The notes: generated from the letters alone by a model not told the origin. A stretch of DNA of 63,795 nucleotides, filler included, from Octopus bimaculoides (GCF_001194135.2; 6 parts of 6 records of this genome joined end to end with filler, not necessarily neighbours in it); one strand, 5' to 3'. Shown: positions 39,373-51,838, numbered from the whole stretch's first letter. Translations and numbers: made by a program.

Positions 39373-39752
39373 NNNNNNNNNNNNNNNNNNNNNNNNNNNN
39401 NNNNNNNNNNNNNNNNNNNNNNNNNNNNNNNNNNNNNNNNNNNNNNNNNNNNNNNNNNNNNNNNNNNNNNNNNNNNNNNNNNNNNNNNNNNNNNNNNNNN
39501 NNNNNNNNNNNNNNNNNNNNNNNNNNNNNNNNNNNNNNNNNNNNNNNNNNNNNNNNNNNNNNNNNNNNNNNNNNNNNNNNNNNNNNNNNNNNNNNNNNNN
39601 NNNNNNNNNNNNNNNNNNNNNNNNNNNNNNNNNNNNNNNNNNNNNNNNNNNNNNNNNNNNNNNNNNNNNNNNNNNNNNNNNNNNNNNNNNNNNNNNNNNN
39701 NNNNNNNNNNNNNNNNNNNNNNNNNNNNNNNNNNNNNNNNNNNNNNNNNNNN

Positions 39753-39797
<45 letters not shown>

Positions 39798-40139
39798 ACT
39801 TTGGTTTGTCTTTGATCATGCTTTTGAGAATTAACGCCCTCATTCACCAAATCTTCACAGAATCATTGGTACCATTGAACAGGCGTTTTAAACAATGTAT
39901 TTCTAAATATGCAAAATATGGGATAGTCACGTGTGGACTGTCTTTGATCTTAGATCTATTCATTCAAAACTGTACAATAATTTATAATTTTGGTATTGTT
40001 ACTATTGTAATTGTTCAGCCCCAGATTATCCCTGATCCACTGGGCCTATGATGAAAATCATTCCATCCGAGACTATCTCGTCTCATTTTGTATGTCTTGG
40101 ACTACATTATCTAACGTCTCTTTCCTTTTTTTTTTCTTC

Positions 40140-40354
40140 AGACCTTTTTTTTATGGGCCCCTTTGATTCTTGTTTTACTCGACTGGACTCCCATAGTTAT
40201 TCGATGTTTTAAAACAAACTCCGCTATATTTTTATAATTGTGAAAGTATTTGGGGCCCCGCAGAAGTATAACCAATTTATTACACAGAAATTTTAACAAC
40301 GAAATCTTATACAAACCCCCAAAGGATCATGTGGACCCTGGTTGAGCATCACTG
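40140..40354 (+). mobile_element. Probable hAT (Buster-type) MITE remnant
   Basis: Right end ggaccctggttgagcatcactg followed by ctttagac (NNNTANNN); left TIR not intact. Confidence 0.4.
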
Positions 40355-40451
40355 CTTTAGACACTTGGGTGCAATTTAGTTGCTTATCGTTAGCAGATCG
40401 GACAGTCACGTAGAGGTTCCTGCGTTGTCTCAACTTGTTGGCATCAAATTT

Positions 40452-40650
40452 TGGCACGAGGCAAGCAGTTTCGAAGGAAGGGTCAAGTTGATTACATCGA
40501 CCCCAGTACTCAGCTGGTACTTATTTTATCGATCCATAAATTATGAAAATTAAAGTCGACCACGGCGGAATTTGAACTCGGAACGTACACACGGACGAAA
40601 TCCCAGTAAGCATTTTTCCCCAGTGTGCTTAACGAATCTGCCAGCTCGCG
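40452..40650 (-). mobile_element. tRNA-derived SINE family B
   Basis: Reverse complement gives gcgagctggcagattcgttaagcac...gttccgagttcaaattccgccg.ggtcgacttt...atcgataaaataagtaccag; A- and B-box-like motifs. Confidence 0.8.
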
Positions 40651-41099
40651 CTTTATTGTCTCAACTTATTACGAGTTGTTCTCTTCATCATCGTAGTCGT
40701 TGTTGTTGTTGTTGTCACTGTCACTTTCCATAAGGGGAGGTGTGCCCTGATCAACCAGATCTAGATCTAAGGTATTGCAACAACAACAATCCCATCTTGT
40801 CTTAAGTATTATTATATGGAACTATTAGGGCCTTGCGGTATTCACTCCGGCTCTTTTACGTTGTTAATTCGGGATATCTTCAGTAGAATTGTTAAAGCAT
40901 CAGATAAAATACCTGTGATATTTATTTGCTATCATTTCTGATTTCAGTTCAAAATCCTGGTGATGTCCATTTCGCCTGTCACCCTTCCAGGGTACAGTAG
41001 AAATACCAGCAATCAAAGTACTGCGATGATTTCTACAATACAACCAAGATATGAAAATAACTATTTGAAAATAACTATTTGAAAACGCTATTATCTAAG

Positions 41100-41290
41100 C
41101 TTAGTGGTTAGGGTGTAGGACTCATGATCGTTCATTGTGTTCTTCAGCAAAACACTTCATTTCACGTTGCTCCAGGCCACTCGGCTGGTAAAAATGAGTA
41201 ATCCTGCGACGGACCGGCGTTCCAAAACCGAGAAACCCGTCCTATGCTCCTTACGGAGTAATGTGGACCAACACAATGGTGAGAATTGGG
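41100..41290 (+). mobile_element. tRNA-derived SINE family C, with internal deletion
   Basis: gcttagtggttagggtgtaggactcatgatcg...ttgtgttctt.agcaaaacacttcatttcacgttgctccag.ccactc.gctg; homologous to the minus copy at 60770-60910. Confidence 0.7.
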
Positions 41291-42099
41291 GGAAAATTCG
41301 GTTGCTATTTCTATCAAGTCGAACTGAAAAGTAGAGGCTTCCTCACTGATTTGGTTCTTCTTTCGGTTATTTTTCATACAGAAATATATGCTACCAACAG
41401 AGAAATCCTGGCGTGTACCAGTAATGATTTAAATGTAAGCTAAAGAAGTTAGTTTAGTGCAGTGATGCTTAAACGGTCCTGAGATTCCATCTGATGTGCC
41501 GCGCAACATTTCACCACACACCTGGAAATTACAGAAATACAGAAAATGGAGTCTAAAATTTTGGTTTAGGTCGCATGCAAGCAGTAAACTAGGAAACGGA
41601 TACGTTTAAAATGAGTGCAATTTTTGCTGAATTTTCACTTGTATATTATAAAAGAATAAAAATTAAATTCACTTTTAATTAGTCATAATTAAGTTTTGTT
41701 AAATATCGTCAGTGCATGTCTAATTTTCATATTGTTCATTACGAACAAATGTATTCCACACACTTGCAAACAATTCTTTCACGGAAGTTTCGGCTAAATT
41801 ATATTCTATATATGGTAATAAAAGAAATGAATGAGTAATTACTGCAGCCAATTACGATATTCAGTTTGTTTCTAGAAAAAGAAAGTGGAAAAAAAGTAAA
41901 AACTGGAGAATTCTTATCATTTGGATCAGTTTAATACTAGACATTTTTCAGTGAGCTGAAAGTGAAAAATAGTTTATCTGTTTCTCATCTAAAACGGATA
42001 AATTTGTTAAGAGAAAAAATTGTTAGTGGTGAACGTGCGTCTTGAAGTAAAACATACAAACTCCAGTACAAAAACGCTAAAGTTCACCATAATAGACAG

Positions 42100-42582
42100 T
42101 AGTGCGATAACCATTTAAAATTCGGGTTTTTCGAGACTAGAAACGTTGATTATCCAAGCCCATAAAACATTGTAGTAAAAACAAAATGTCCAACGAATCA
42201 TTGGTACCAAGTAAATTTTAAAAAAAATTTTACTACTAAACATTTGCATCTATCAGATAGAGATCTAGTATTTTCAAAGTCTCTTAGAACAGCAATTGAA
42301 GCAATGTAATACGTTTGAGAAGATAATGATCGTGTCTGAAACTGCTCAAATCGCTTCAAATGAGGTAGCTAAAATAATCCTTTCTATTATAGGAACAGGA
42401 GCTAAAATTCGAGAAGCTGGAGCTACATCGACACCAATGCTCAAATGGTCTTATTTCATTGAACCCGAAAGGATGAAAGGCAGAGTCGACCTCGATGGAA
42501 TCTGAACTCAGAAACGTAAAGAAGGAAAAGTTACGGCAACGTATTTCGTCTGGCGTGCTGACGATTCTGCCAGCTCACCATC

Positions 42583-42650
<68 letters not shown>

Positions 42651-42772
42651 CCTATGCAAAACACTTTCAATACAGTAACCATAAGAGCATCACAGCAAAC
42701 CACAGCACATATCCAAGGCATACAGAGCTGCGCTCGGTAGTGAAGTGAAAGCACGTTATAGAAATAAAACTA

Positions 42773-42847
<75 letters not shown>

Positions 42848-44465
42848 CCTTTCTACTAGAGGCACAAAACCTGGAATTTGGGGAGTGGGATAGTCGATTA
42901 CATCGATCCCAGTGCGTTATTGGTACTTTTTTCATCGACCCCGAAAGGATGAAAAGCAAAATTGACTTCGGCGGAATTTGAATTCAGAATGTAAAGACGG
43001 ACAAAATACCGCTAAGCATTTCACCCGGCGTGCTAACGATTCTCCCAGCTCATCACCTTAAAAGTAACTGAAATAATGATAAGATCCAAAATCTCACTTT
43101 CTAGGTGAATCAATCATTCCGCCAGCTTCTAAAATGATACTTAAAACCATGTTGGAAGAAAAAGCTGAAGAAGATATTAAAAAATTTCTTTCAAACGATA
43201 CAATATATAGAATTTTAAATTTATCAGAAGTTATTGAAGAAAATTCCAAAAAGAACTTCAGGAATCTAAATGTGTATTGATACTTGATGAATCCATTGAT
43301 ATCAGTAACAGTGTTCAATTGCTGACATTTATTGGTTTTATTGACGGAAATGAAAAATAATCAATTAGATTTTGTTGTAAAAAAAAATACCAACAACTAT
43401 AAGAGGTCAAGATCTTTTTGATATTTTAACTAGAAATCGTTAAAAAATAAATTTATCGTGGAAATCATGTTGGCATTTCTCCCGATCGCGTACCATATAT
43501 GATATGTTGGCTCTATTAAAAGTTTTTGTATCGCTTGGAGAAAAAAGATCTAAATATTGTTTGTAGTCATTGTTTTTAACAGAGGTTCTAGCTTCAAAGA
43601 TATTACAATTGTTAGAAAAGTGTTACAGCATGTAGTTGAAACCGTCAATTATATTAAAAGTAGACCTTTGAAGTCAAGACTATTTGAACGACTAAGCAAA
43701 GAAATGGATTCTCAGCACTTTCGATTACTCCTGCATACAGAAGTTCGATAGCTTTCATGAACTACAGAAAGAGTTAATAGCATTTTTTGATAAAGAGAAA
43801 CACAAAGAAATCTACAGTGTGAACTATGAATGCCTAAGTTAAAATATTTTATGGAGATATTTACTCAATGTTGTGAACAGTAATGTGCAAGGTAGAAACG
43901 AAAATATCCTCGCTTCTACAGAAAGTTATTCTAAAGAAAGTTATTTGGAAAAACAGAGCAAAATCAAGTTTTATATGTTTCCGTCAATGCGTATAAACGG
44001 CATTAAAGAAATGTTCTCTATTGTGGGTAATCATCTGACAACGTTGAAAGAAAAAAATTCACTGCTATTTTCTATTCTGTTATTGAACACAGAAAAGTAC
44101 AACTGGATTCGAAATCCCTTCATAAATAATCTCTCTAATAATGGGCTTCTATTACGTGAAAAAGAGGAATTGGCAACCATTTCCCGTGATTGCGGGTTTA
44201 AAATAAAACACTTGGAGATTCCTATTAATACATTTTGGATTTCAATTCAAAAGGAATTCTCTGAAGTAGCTAAAAATGCCTTATCGGTTTTGTTACAATT
44301 TTCTACTTGTTTGTGTATATTAGGATTTTCAGCCCTAAATAACACCAAAACTAAAAAGTGAGAGAGGCTCCGCACCATTAGTGAAAACATGAGGGTATGC
44401 TTATCACAGATACATCGAAACGTTGTACAGTAACAAAAATCACCAAGCACAGATATCCCACAAAT
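42100..44465 (+). mobile_element. Second Buster/Charlie-type hAT transposase remnant, split by SINE B and (AAT)n insertions at ~42400-43090
   Basis: VSETAQIASNEVAKII, LGESIIPPASK...LSNDTI, LILDESIDIS, VNYIKSRPLKSRLF...LLLHTEVR*LS, WIRNPF, FWISIQKEFSEVAKNALSVLLQFSTCLCILGFSALNNTKTK. Confidence 0.85.
42425..43058 (-). mobile_element. Two SINE B copies (42425-42580, 42850-43058), each adjoining an (AAT)n tract
   Basis: Both carry cccgaaaggatgaaa...ggaat.tgaa.tcagaa...ggcgtgct.acgattct.ccagctca; (AAT)n at ~42585-42650 and ~42778-42846. Confidence 0.8.
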
Positions 44466-44579
44466 CAACTTGGATAATTGGATATGGCAATGAAGTACGT
44501 TCGTAACTGTTTTTTTAACGATCTATAGTTTTATGTCAAAAAATTCATTTAAATTGTACTTTTTAAAGGTCATTTTAAA

Positions 44580-44935
44580 TTTGAGTTCGACGAAGAGCGA
44601 TTGAATCAACTTCTTCACGAAAATCCACGTCAAACGACCAGAGAATTGGCAAAGCAGATGGATTGTGATAAAAAGAAAAAAACTGTGGTGAACTACCTTC
44701 ACTCAATGGGCAAGGTTCATCGAGCTCAGTTGGTCGACCGGCGTGTGACCGGTACTTGAGGTCAAAATTCTCATTTTTGAAGCGCGAAGACCAACGGCGG
44801 GCGGTACTTTGAGGCATTGTTTCTTTTCCATGCACAGCACAAATCTCACGAGCAGCTTCGGCGGGCTTAACACCTCGATTAAATGCAAAAAGCAAACGGT
44901 GTCGAAAATATTGTTTCGTTCAGTTGACATTCCAT
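44580..44935 (-). mobile_element. Mariner N-terminal fragment with an internal inversion
   Basis: The minus strand gives MLFAFNRGVKPAEAAREICAVHG...RRWSSRFKNENFDLK...GRPTELDE; the expected continuation EFDEERLNQLLHENPRQTTRELA...YLHSMGKV is on the plus strand at 44583-44715. Confidence 0.8.
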
Positions 44936-45494
44936 TTTAATGATCTGAATNNNNNNNNNNNNNNNNNNNNNNNNNNNNNNNNNNNNNNNNNNNNNNNNNN
45001 NNNNNNNNNNNNNNNNNNNNNNNNNNNNNNNNNNNNNNNNNNNNNNNNNNNNNNNNNNNNNNNNNNNNNNNNNNNNNNNNNNNNNNNNNNNNNNNNNNNN
45101 NNNNNNNNNNNNNNNNNNNNNNNNNNNNNNNNNNNNNNNNNNNNNNNNNNNNNNNNNNNNNNNNNNNNNNNNNNNNNNNNNNNNNNNNNNNNNNNNNNNN
45201 NNNNNNNNNNNNNNNNNNNNNNNNNNNNNNNNNNNNNNNNNNNNNNNNNNNNNNNNNNNNNNNNNNNNNNNNNNNNNNNNNNNNNNNNNNNNNNNNNNNN
45301 NNNNNNNNNNNNNNNNNNNNNNNNNNNNNNNNNNNNNNNNNNNNNNNNNNNNNNNNNNNNNNNNNNNNNNNNNNNNNNNNNNNNNNNNNNNNNNNNNNNN
45401 NNNNNATGTTTTGCTCCTGGTGTATATATATATTATTTATATTATTATTCGATTGAACGGCACAATCCATTTCCGCCTAGTTTAGAATAGAGGC

Positions 45495-45715
45495 AGCTGA
45501 TGAAGGAAAAGTTACATAAGTGGCTTGTCTCTTTTCTTGTGTTCATTCTCTTGTCCGTTAAAAAACGTCCGTTTTTTTGTGCTTTGTTTATATTTCCGTT
45601 CCTTTTTTGTCCACGTTTTTTGACGTCCTGTACCCGGATATGCATCTATATATACATGTAGATGTAGGTATGTACATACATGCATATGCTCATAATATCA
45701 TTTGTATTATTATAT
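45495..45715 (+). mobile_element. Unclassified short interspersed repeat (ctgatgaagg...gacgtcctgtaccc family); other copies at 55745-55905 (-) and 63300-63510 (+)
   Basis: All three share ttt..(g/a)acgtcctgtaccc...atgcat...atgtaggta...atttgtatta and abut (TA)-rich tracts; two show the ctgatgaagg start. Confidence 0.7.
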
Positions 45716-46454
45716 ATGGTATATATATTTTATTTTAACGACACCAGAAAAAATAGGAAACCAAATAGGGCTTAGCAAGACTTAAAGTCAGAATGCAGAA
45801 ACTATATCATCATTTAATGTGCAGTAATCACCAAAGACCGTTAACATCTTGTATCTGCATGAATTTGGTTAGAAAGTCTACGAGGAGCCATTTTGCACAA
45901 GATGAACTCATAGTCAATTGACCGGACTGAAGCAATGGGAATATAAGTGTTTGTCGCAATCTATTTAAGAATGAAAGTCAATGTCATTGTTGTTATTGTT
46001 TAGCCACAGAGCGACCTTGATCAAATCAACCCTGTGATCAATGTTATTTCATGTATGGCCATCCTGCCGTTTTTTAAGACACTGTGTATCCAGGATTCAT
46101 CGTTCAAAGCAGCACTGAATTAACCATGAAGCAAAATAGGCACCTACTAATGGCATCAAAGGAAGGGTGGGCACCACAGAATTAGCAAATGGCTTACGGC
46201 ACAAAAGAAATCACTTTAAACTTGTTAAAGTAATATTCGAATTGGTTTATATGATCGGAAAATATAATTTCGTGTTGATGGTGTCATAGTGAGATTTGAT
46301 CAAAAGCCTTGCAATTATAAAGAAGTAGGAGAAAACTTGTCAAATATAAATTAAGTGGAAGTATACAAAAATAGTCATTATGTTCCATCTTACTGTTAGC
46401 TTTGTTTCATTTTGAAAAATATTTTATTATTGTTGATATTTTTAATTACACATA

Positions 46455-46866
46455 GGCGTAGGAGTGGCTGTGTGGTAAGTAGCTTGCTTACCAACCATAT
46501 GGTTCCGGGTTCAGTCCCACTGCGTGGCACCTTGGGCAAGTGTCTTCTACTATAGCCTCGAGCCGACCAAAGCCTTGTGAGTGGATTTGGTAGACGGAAA
46601 CTGAAAGAAGCCCGTCGTATATATGTATATGTATATATATGTGAGTGTGTGCGTGTGTTTGTGTGTCTGTATTTGTCTCCCCAGCATCGCTTGACAACTG
46701 ATGCTGGTGTGTTTGCGTCCCCGTAACTTAGCGGTTCGGCAAAAGAGCCCGATAGAATAAGTACTAGGCTTACAAAGAATAAGTCCTGGGGTCGATTTGC
46801 TCGACTAAAGGCGGTGCTCCAGCATGGCCAGTCAAATGACTGAAACAAGTAAAAGAGAGTAAAAAG
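46455..46866 (+). mobile_element. SINE family A, best-preserved full-length copy
   Basis: A-box-like tggctgtgtggtaag, B-box-like ggttcagtccc, internal (TA)/(TG) tract, 3' domain cgatagaataagtactagg...ctggggtcgatttgctcgact, tail gtaaaagagagtaaaaag. Confidence 0.9.
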
Positions 46867-48041
46867 TATATGTGGGAGCACCAAAATCTCTTAAACATTC
46901 AGAACTTCCATGGGTCTTATACCGAGTCTGGTTCGGATTCTCGTAGCTATCAAAGACCGTTGACGTTTCGCAGTTGCAAGGTTTGGAGCTCATAGTCTGA
47001 AAAGTACCACTCGGAAGTAGACCTGACTAACAAATAATGAAATGCCTTATCAAGGATACAAAGCACAGCCTAGTTCGCGAATCGAACCTAGAAACTTACG
47101 ACCTTCATTCCAACAGTCTAACTACAAGGCGTCGCCATTTTACACTAAATACTGCAAACAAAGCATTTTATCCATTAGGCGCTTGTTGCTGTCGCTTCAT
47201 ATCATATCGCTAGACGTACATTAAAATAGTAATATGTCTCGCAGCATACATAGTAGGAAGGTAGTAATGATGGTCGTTATGAAAAGGAAAAGAATTATTT
47301 TTCCTTTCGCTTCTGTGGCTCAAATATTTATTCACTAGCAATTACATATCATTCATCTAAGTTTTTGCAATAATATAGGACTACCGCTGTAGCTCTCTTA
47401 CGTAGTCTGTGTCTAGCTTCTAGCTTTAATGGCTACTTTCCGTTATGAAACTTTCTGTCAACAATATATTCGATATTAGAGAATTCACAAAAAAAAATTA
47501 TATATATATATATATAAAGACAATATACATTATGGCGTCCGTCCTACGATATATGGATAGCTGTTGATTTTATAGAAATACATAAATGCCCTGTGTTTTT
47601 ATTTTCTTTGCTTTATTTTGTGTTTGTAAATGTGAATAAAGAAATAAGATGTGGTGATGATGTGGTTGGTAAACATTTTCCAAGTTAATTAGCAATACAA
47701 GTGAAGTGAGATGGCTTAAACATGAAATTTACCTCTTGCTACATGCAATTACATATACATATATATATATACAGACATATACTCTCACACATGCACTCAC
47801 ACACACACACATATAGGAAGCTGGAAAATAGTAGCCACATTCAAATCACCTTACGTCATACACAAAAGTCACCTTGAATAATGTGGCTACGGTTGCGTCG
47901 TACTCAGACAAAAGATGGGTGGTCATGACTGGAATACTTTTGACCAAAGGGCTGATAGATCGAAGTAGATCTAGGGTTAAAATTATTTATTGACTTCTTT
48001 GCTGTCCGACTAGTCTTCTTAATGTTTGGCTCAAGACAATC

Positions 48042-48092
<51 letters not shown>

Positions 48093-48310
48093 CGCGCACG
48101 CGCGTGCGTGTAAGACAATAAACTGTAGAAGTATTGTTATATGTAAAAAAAATTTGGTTATTACAAAAGAACAAAAAATAACGCCAGGAAAATTGTCAGT
48201 TTTACGTTCATTTAAAATTGTAAGACGAGCAGTTTCAATATAGGTCATTTACTTTGAAATGCTTAGTTAGGCGAGAGAAGTTTTTCATGTTAATGATTTA
48301 ACTTTTGTAA

Positions 48311-48672
48311 GGCAGCGAGTTGGCAGAAACGTTAGCACGCCGGGCGAAATGCTTAACAGTATTTCGTCTACCGTTATGTTCTAAGTTCAAATTCCGCCGA
48401 GGTCGACTTTGCTTTTCATCCTTTCGGGGTCGATTAAATAAGTACCAGTTACGCACTGGGGTTGATATAATCGACTTAATCCGTTTGTCCCCTCTGTGTA
48501 TAGCCCCTTGTGGGCAGTAAAGAAATAGGTATTTTTGTCTATCTGCATGTTCTGAGTTCAAATTCCGCCGAGGTCAACTTTACCTTTCATCCTTTCGGTG
48601 GGGTGGGAGTCGATAAAATCGACTTAACACCTCCCCCGAACTTGTCCTTGTGTCAAAATTTGAAACCAGTAA
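48311..48672 (+). mobile_element. SINE B full copy (48311-48535) followed by a partial copy (48546-48672)
   Basis: ggcagcgagttggcagaaacgttagcacgccgggcgaaatgctt...gttcaaattccgccgaggtcgactttgcttttcatcctttcggggtcgattaaataagtaccag. Confidence 0.9.
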
Positions 48673-48777
48673 TTTAACTTATGTAATAAAATATTTTATA
48701 ACTTATGTTATAAAATTAGGGTGTCTTTGACAAACCGACCGATTGTGTTAATTTGGATATGTTTATAATGAAATTTA

Positions 48778-49393
48778 CCCTTAATTAGTACCATGGGGTC
48801 AGTATGATCCCAGCCTTATTTAAAACACTAGGTAATCCAAAGTGTCAGGTTTTATAATTCAATATTCCACCTACTTTTTTTCATAATGTATCCGCATTTG
48901 GAAGAAAGAGGAAATACAAGAAGTAATGAATATTTTTGAAAGAACTGTCGATTCCGTTGCTCACCCCGCACGCTCAGCGCAGATTGGGGACACATCAAAC
49001 ACCTCGAGATGTAAAACAGATCATTTTACCAGCAGTACCTTCAACACAGTGCTAGAGATGTTTCGTTTGCCCAAGATAAAGGGACAAGAAGACCAGGTTC
49101 ATGTGCAGTGGATGCAATAACTCCGCGTGAAGAACATAGCGATGGTCCGCAGTCAGTGCCATTATAAAAATATTTACATGTAAAATGCTATTACAGATTA
49201 TTCAGACAATAAATACTGTTTGGTAAAGATAAAAAAATAAACAGATTTTTCCGGTATCTAAATGCATTTATAATGATGGGGTGAAACTAACTCCAAGGCA
49301 TCGCTAACGTATTTTTTTCATGGCAATATAGCAGGATTAAAAACCTATAAAGTTCTAACATGAAGATTGAAATTTAAAATATTGAGTAATGGG
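48778..49393 (+). mobile_element. piggyBac deletion derivative carrying the C-terminal cysteine-rich domain
   Basis: Frame reading SIPLLTPHAQRRL...RCFVCPR*RDKKTRFMCSGCNNSA*RT (CxxC...CxxC of the piggyBac CRD); ends resemble piggyBac termini (ccc...ggggtca..tga.ccc; gtaatggg). Confidence 0.55.
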
Positions 49394-49410
49394 TTCAAAT
49401 ACTGACTTAA

Positions 49411-49687
49411 CCCATTACCTACCAGGGATCTCATATGAGATCACTTAAAAATTACAAATTTCGTAATTATCTGTTAATATTTACACATATCTAACCTTTT
49501 TGCTATATCTACTAGGTATATTTTTCTGATATTCAAATGAGGTTTGCTAATTTTTCACCCAATATCTCGCTTATTTCTATTTAAAATGTTATTTTGATCA
49601 TTCCAGCGTGTTTCTAAGGCTGTTTTATGCTAGAAATCAAAGTTTCATAAAAAAATTCCAGTTAATAGAATTATGGGAGGTAATGGG
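49411..49687. mobile_element. piggyBac-type MITE, 277 bp, with TTAA target-site duplication
   Basis: ttaa|cccattacctacca ... tgggaggtaatggg|ttaa; 14-bp TIR with 1 mismatch; TTAA at 49407-49410 and 49688-49691. Confidence 0.85.
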
Positions 49688-49899
49688 TTAATGTTTTGGC
49701 GAACGAAATATATTATGAGCTACATATATTTTTTGAAAAAAATGTATTAAGTAGATTCTAAAATAAATTAAATAGAGCAAAATTTAGAGCAAATAATTAG
49801 AATTAGAGTCGAGGATATCTTTGAGATATATAAATATTATGTTAAAAACTGTGCCTCTGATACACGTTTAGCCTTTTATTGCAAAATTCAGATTAGATT

Positions 49900-50700
49900 A
49901 ATATAAACCGAGATGCGTAACGTACATTACATTTAAGGATCATAAACACAACCCAGTAAAACGGTTTATGAACCCAACTAAAACTGATATTGGAATAATC
50001 AATAAGCCAATTATCGATCAGATAATTTCCAAAATTAAGGTTGTTCTTGTTCACCTCTTGGGAACAAATCCAACAGAATTATCACATAAGATTTTTCCTG
50101 TTATCACTGGTTTAAATCCATACATAAAGAAACCCGCACATTTATGCATATTTGATATACAGAAATATTACCTCTCAGTTTCGGTGTCCTATTAATGGAT
50201 GCGATGAATTTCTGAAAACCTTTTCAGCCATCATTAATTCATCAGAAATTGTTATAATTTTTACACGCAAGGAAAACGCTTATTATTCCATGACAATACT
50301 ATATGGATTAATAAGCGCTAGAACGTCCCGTTTTACTTCGGTGTAGGAGTAAAGGATTCCGCTAAGCTGAGTTATAGCAGGCCAGATATCTTTCACTGCT
50401 AACATGCCGAATTCCTACAACTGTTTTCTGTGATGACAGCTGACTTACACATTGAAGCATGAACAGCTTAACAAAACATATGAGAACGACCTTCTCTTTG
50501 GGTTTTCCCTTTTAACTTGAACTTAAAAATAACAATCAAATCTAATCTCAAGCTAATAAACTATCTCAATATTATGACCAATTTATATAATTCAAAGCTG
50601 CCCTCATACTGTAAAGCATGTGATTCATTATATTACATACATCGCCTTGTTAATCGCTCTAACATTCAACGAAAGTCAGTAATATCGCGGAACCCTTGAC
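49900..50700 (+). mobile_element. Penelope-like element reverse transcriptase remnant
   Basis: ITFKDHK...MNPTKTDIG, IFDIQKYY, VFCDDS (YRDDG-like) and LKITIKSNLKLINYLNIMTNL...YYIHR match the PLE RT motif series as I recall it. Confidence 0.75.
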
Positions 50701-50753
50701 CGCTTACATGATAATATTGCACATTTCTCAAAAGGCCTATACAAGGGCTAGCG

Positions 50754-51012
50754 TGGCACTCCGTCGGTTACGACGATGAGGGTTCCAGTTGATCCGATCA
50801 ACGGAACAGCCTGCTCGTGAAATTAACGTGCAAGTGGCTGAGCACTCCACAGACACGTGTACCCTTAACGTAGTTCTCGGGGAGATTCAGCGTGACACAG
50901 TGTGACAAGGCTGACCCTTTGAATTACAGGCACAACAGAAACAGGAAGTAAGAGTGAGAGAAAGTTGTGGTGAAAGAGTACAGCAGGGTTCGTCACCACC
51001 CCCTGCCGGAGC
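50754..51012 (-). mobile_element. SINE family S3 (5'-truncated)
   Basis: Near-identical to 56578-56835. Confidence 0.85.
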
Positions 51013-51044
51013 TTACAAGTCGTTTACATTGTCCCTAGTGTTTC

Positions 51045-51838
51045 ACTGGTACTTAATTTATCGACCCCGAAAGGATGAAAGGCAAAGTCGACCTCGGCGG
51101 AATTTGAACTCAGAACATAAAGACAGACAAAATTCCACTAAGCATTTCGCCCGGCGTGCTAACGTTTCTGCCAGCTCGCCGCCTTAAATCTANNNNNNNN
51201 NNNNNNNNNNNNNNNNNNNNNNNNNNNNNNNNNNNNNNNNNNNNNNNNNNNNNNNNNNNNNNNNNNNNNNNNNNNNNNNNNNNNNNNNNNNNNNNNNNNN
51301 NNNNNNNNNNNNNNNNNNNNNNNNNNNNNNNNNNNNNNNNNNNNNNNNNNNNNNNNNNNNNNNNNNNNNNNNNNNNNNNNNNNNNNNNNNNNNNNNNNNN
51401 NNNNNNNNNNNNNNNNGGCACAAGGCCCGAAATTTGGGGGGAGGGGGCTAGTCGAGTAGATCGACCCCAGTACGCAACTGGTACTTAATTTATCGACTCC
51501 GAAAGGTTGAAAGGCAAAGTTGACCTCGGCGGAATTTGAACTCAGAACGTAAAGACAGACAAAATACCGCTAAGCATTTCGCCCGGCGTGCTAATGTTTT
51601 TTTATTTCTTTATTGCCCACAAGGGGCTAAACATAGAGGGGACAAACAAGGACAGACAAAGGGATCAAGTCGATTATATCGATCCCCAGTGTGTAACTGG
51701 TACTTAATTTATCGACCCCGAAAGGATGAAAGGCAAAGTCGACCTCGGCGGAATTTGAACTCAGAACATAAAGACAGACAAAATTCCACTAAGCATTTCG
51801 CCCGGCGTGCTAACGTTTCTGCCAGCTCGCCGCCTTAA
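51045..51838 (-). mobile_element. Cluster of three SINE B copies (51045-51186, 51417-51597, 51598-51838)
   Basis: Reverse complements of the 48311 copy; the first and third are identical over ~145 bp including the flank aaatcta. Confidence 0.85.

Noticed and set aside
43873-44361. 162-aa ORF as a possible domesticated ZBED/FAM200-type host gene
   Set aside because: Part of a hAT copy with stops, frameshifts and SINE insertions, so no gene symbol is assigned.
46455-46530. tRNA-like A/B boxes in SINE heads
   Set aside because: No complete cloverleaf; they continue into multi-copy SINE bodies.
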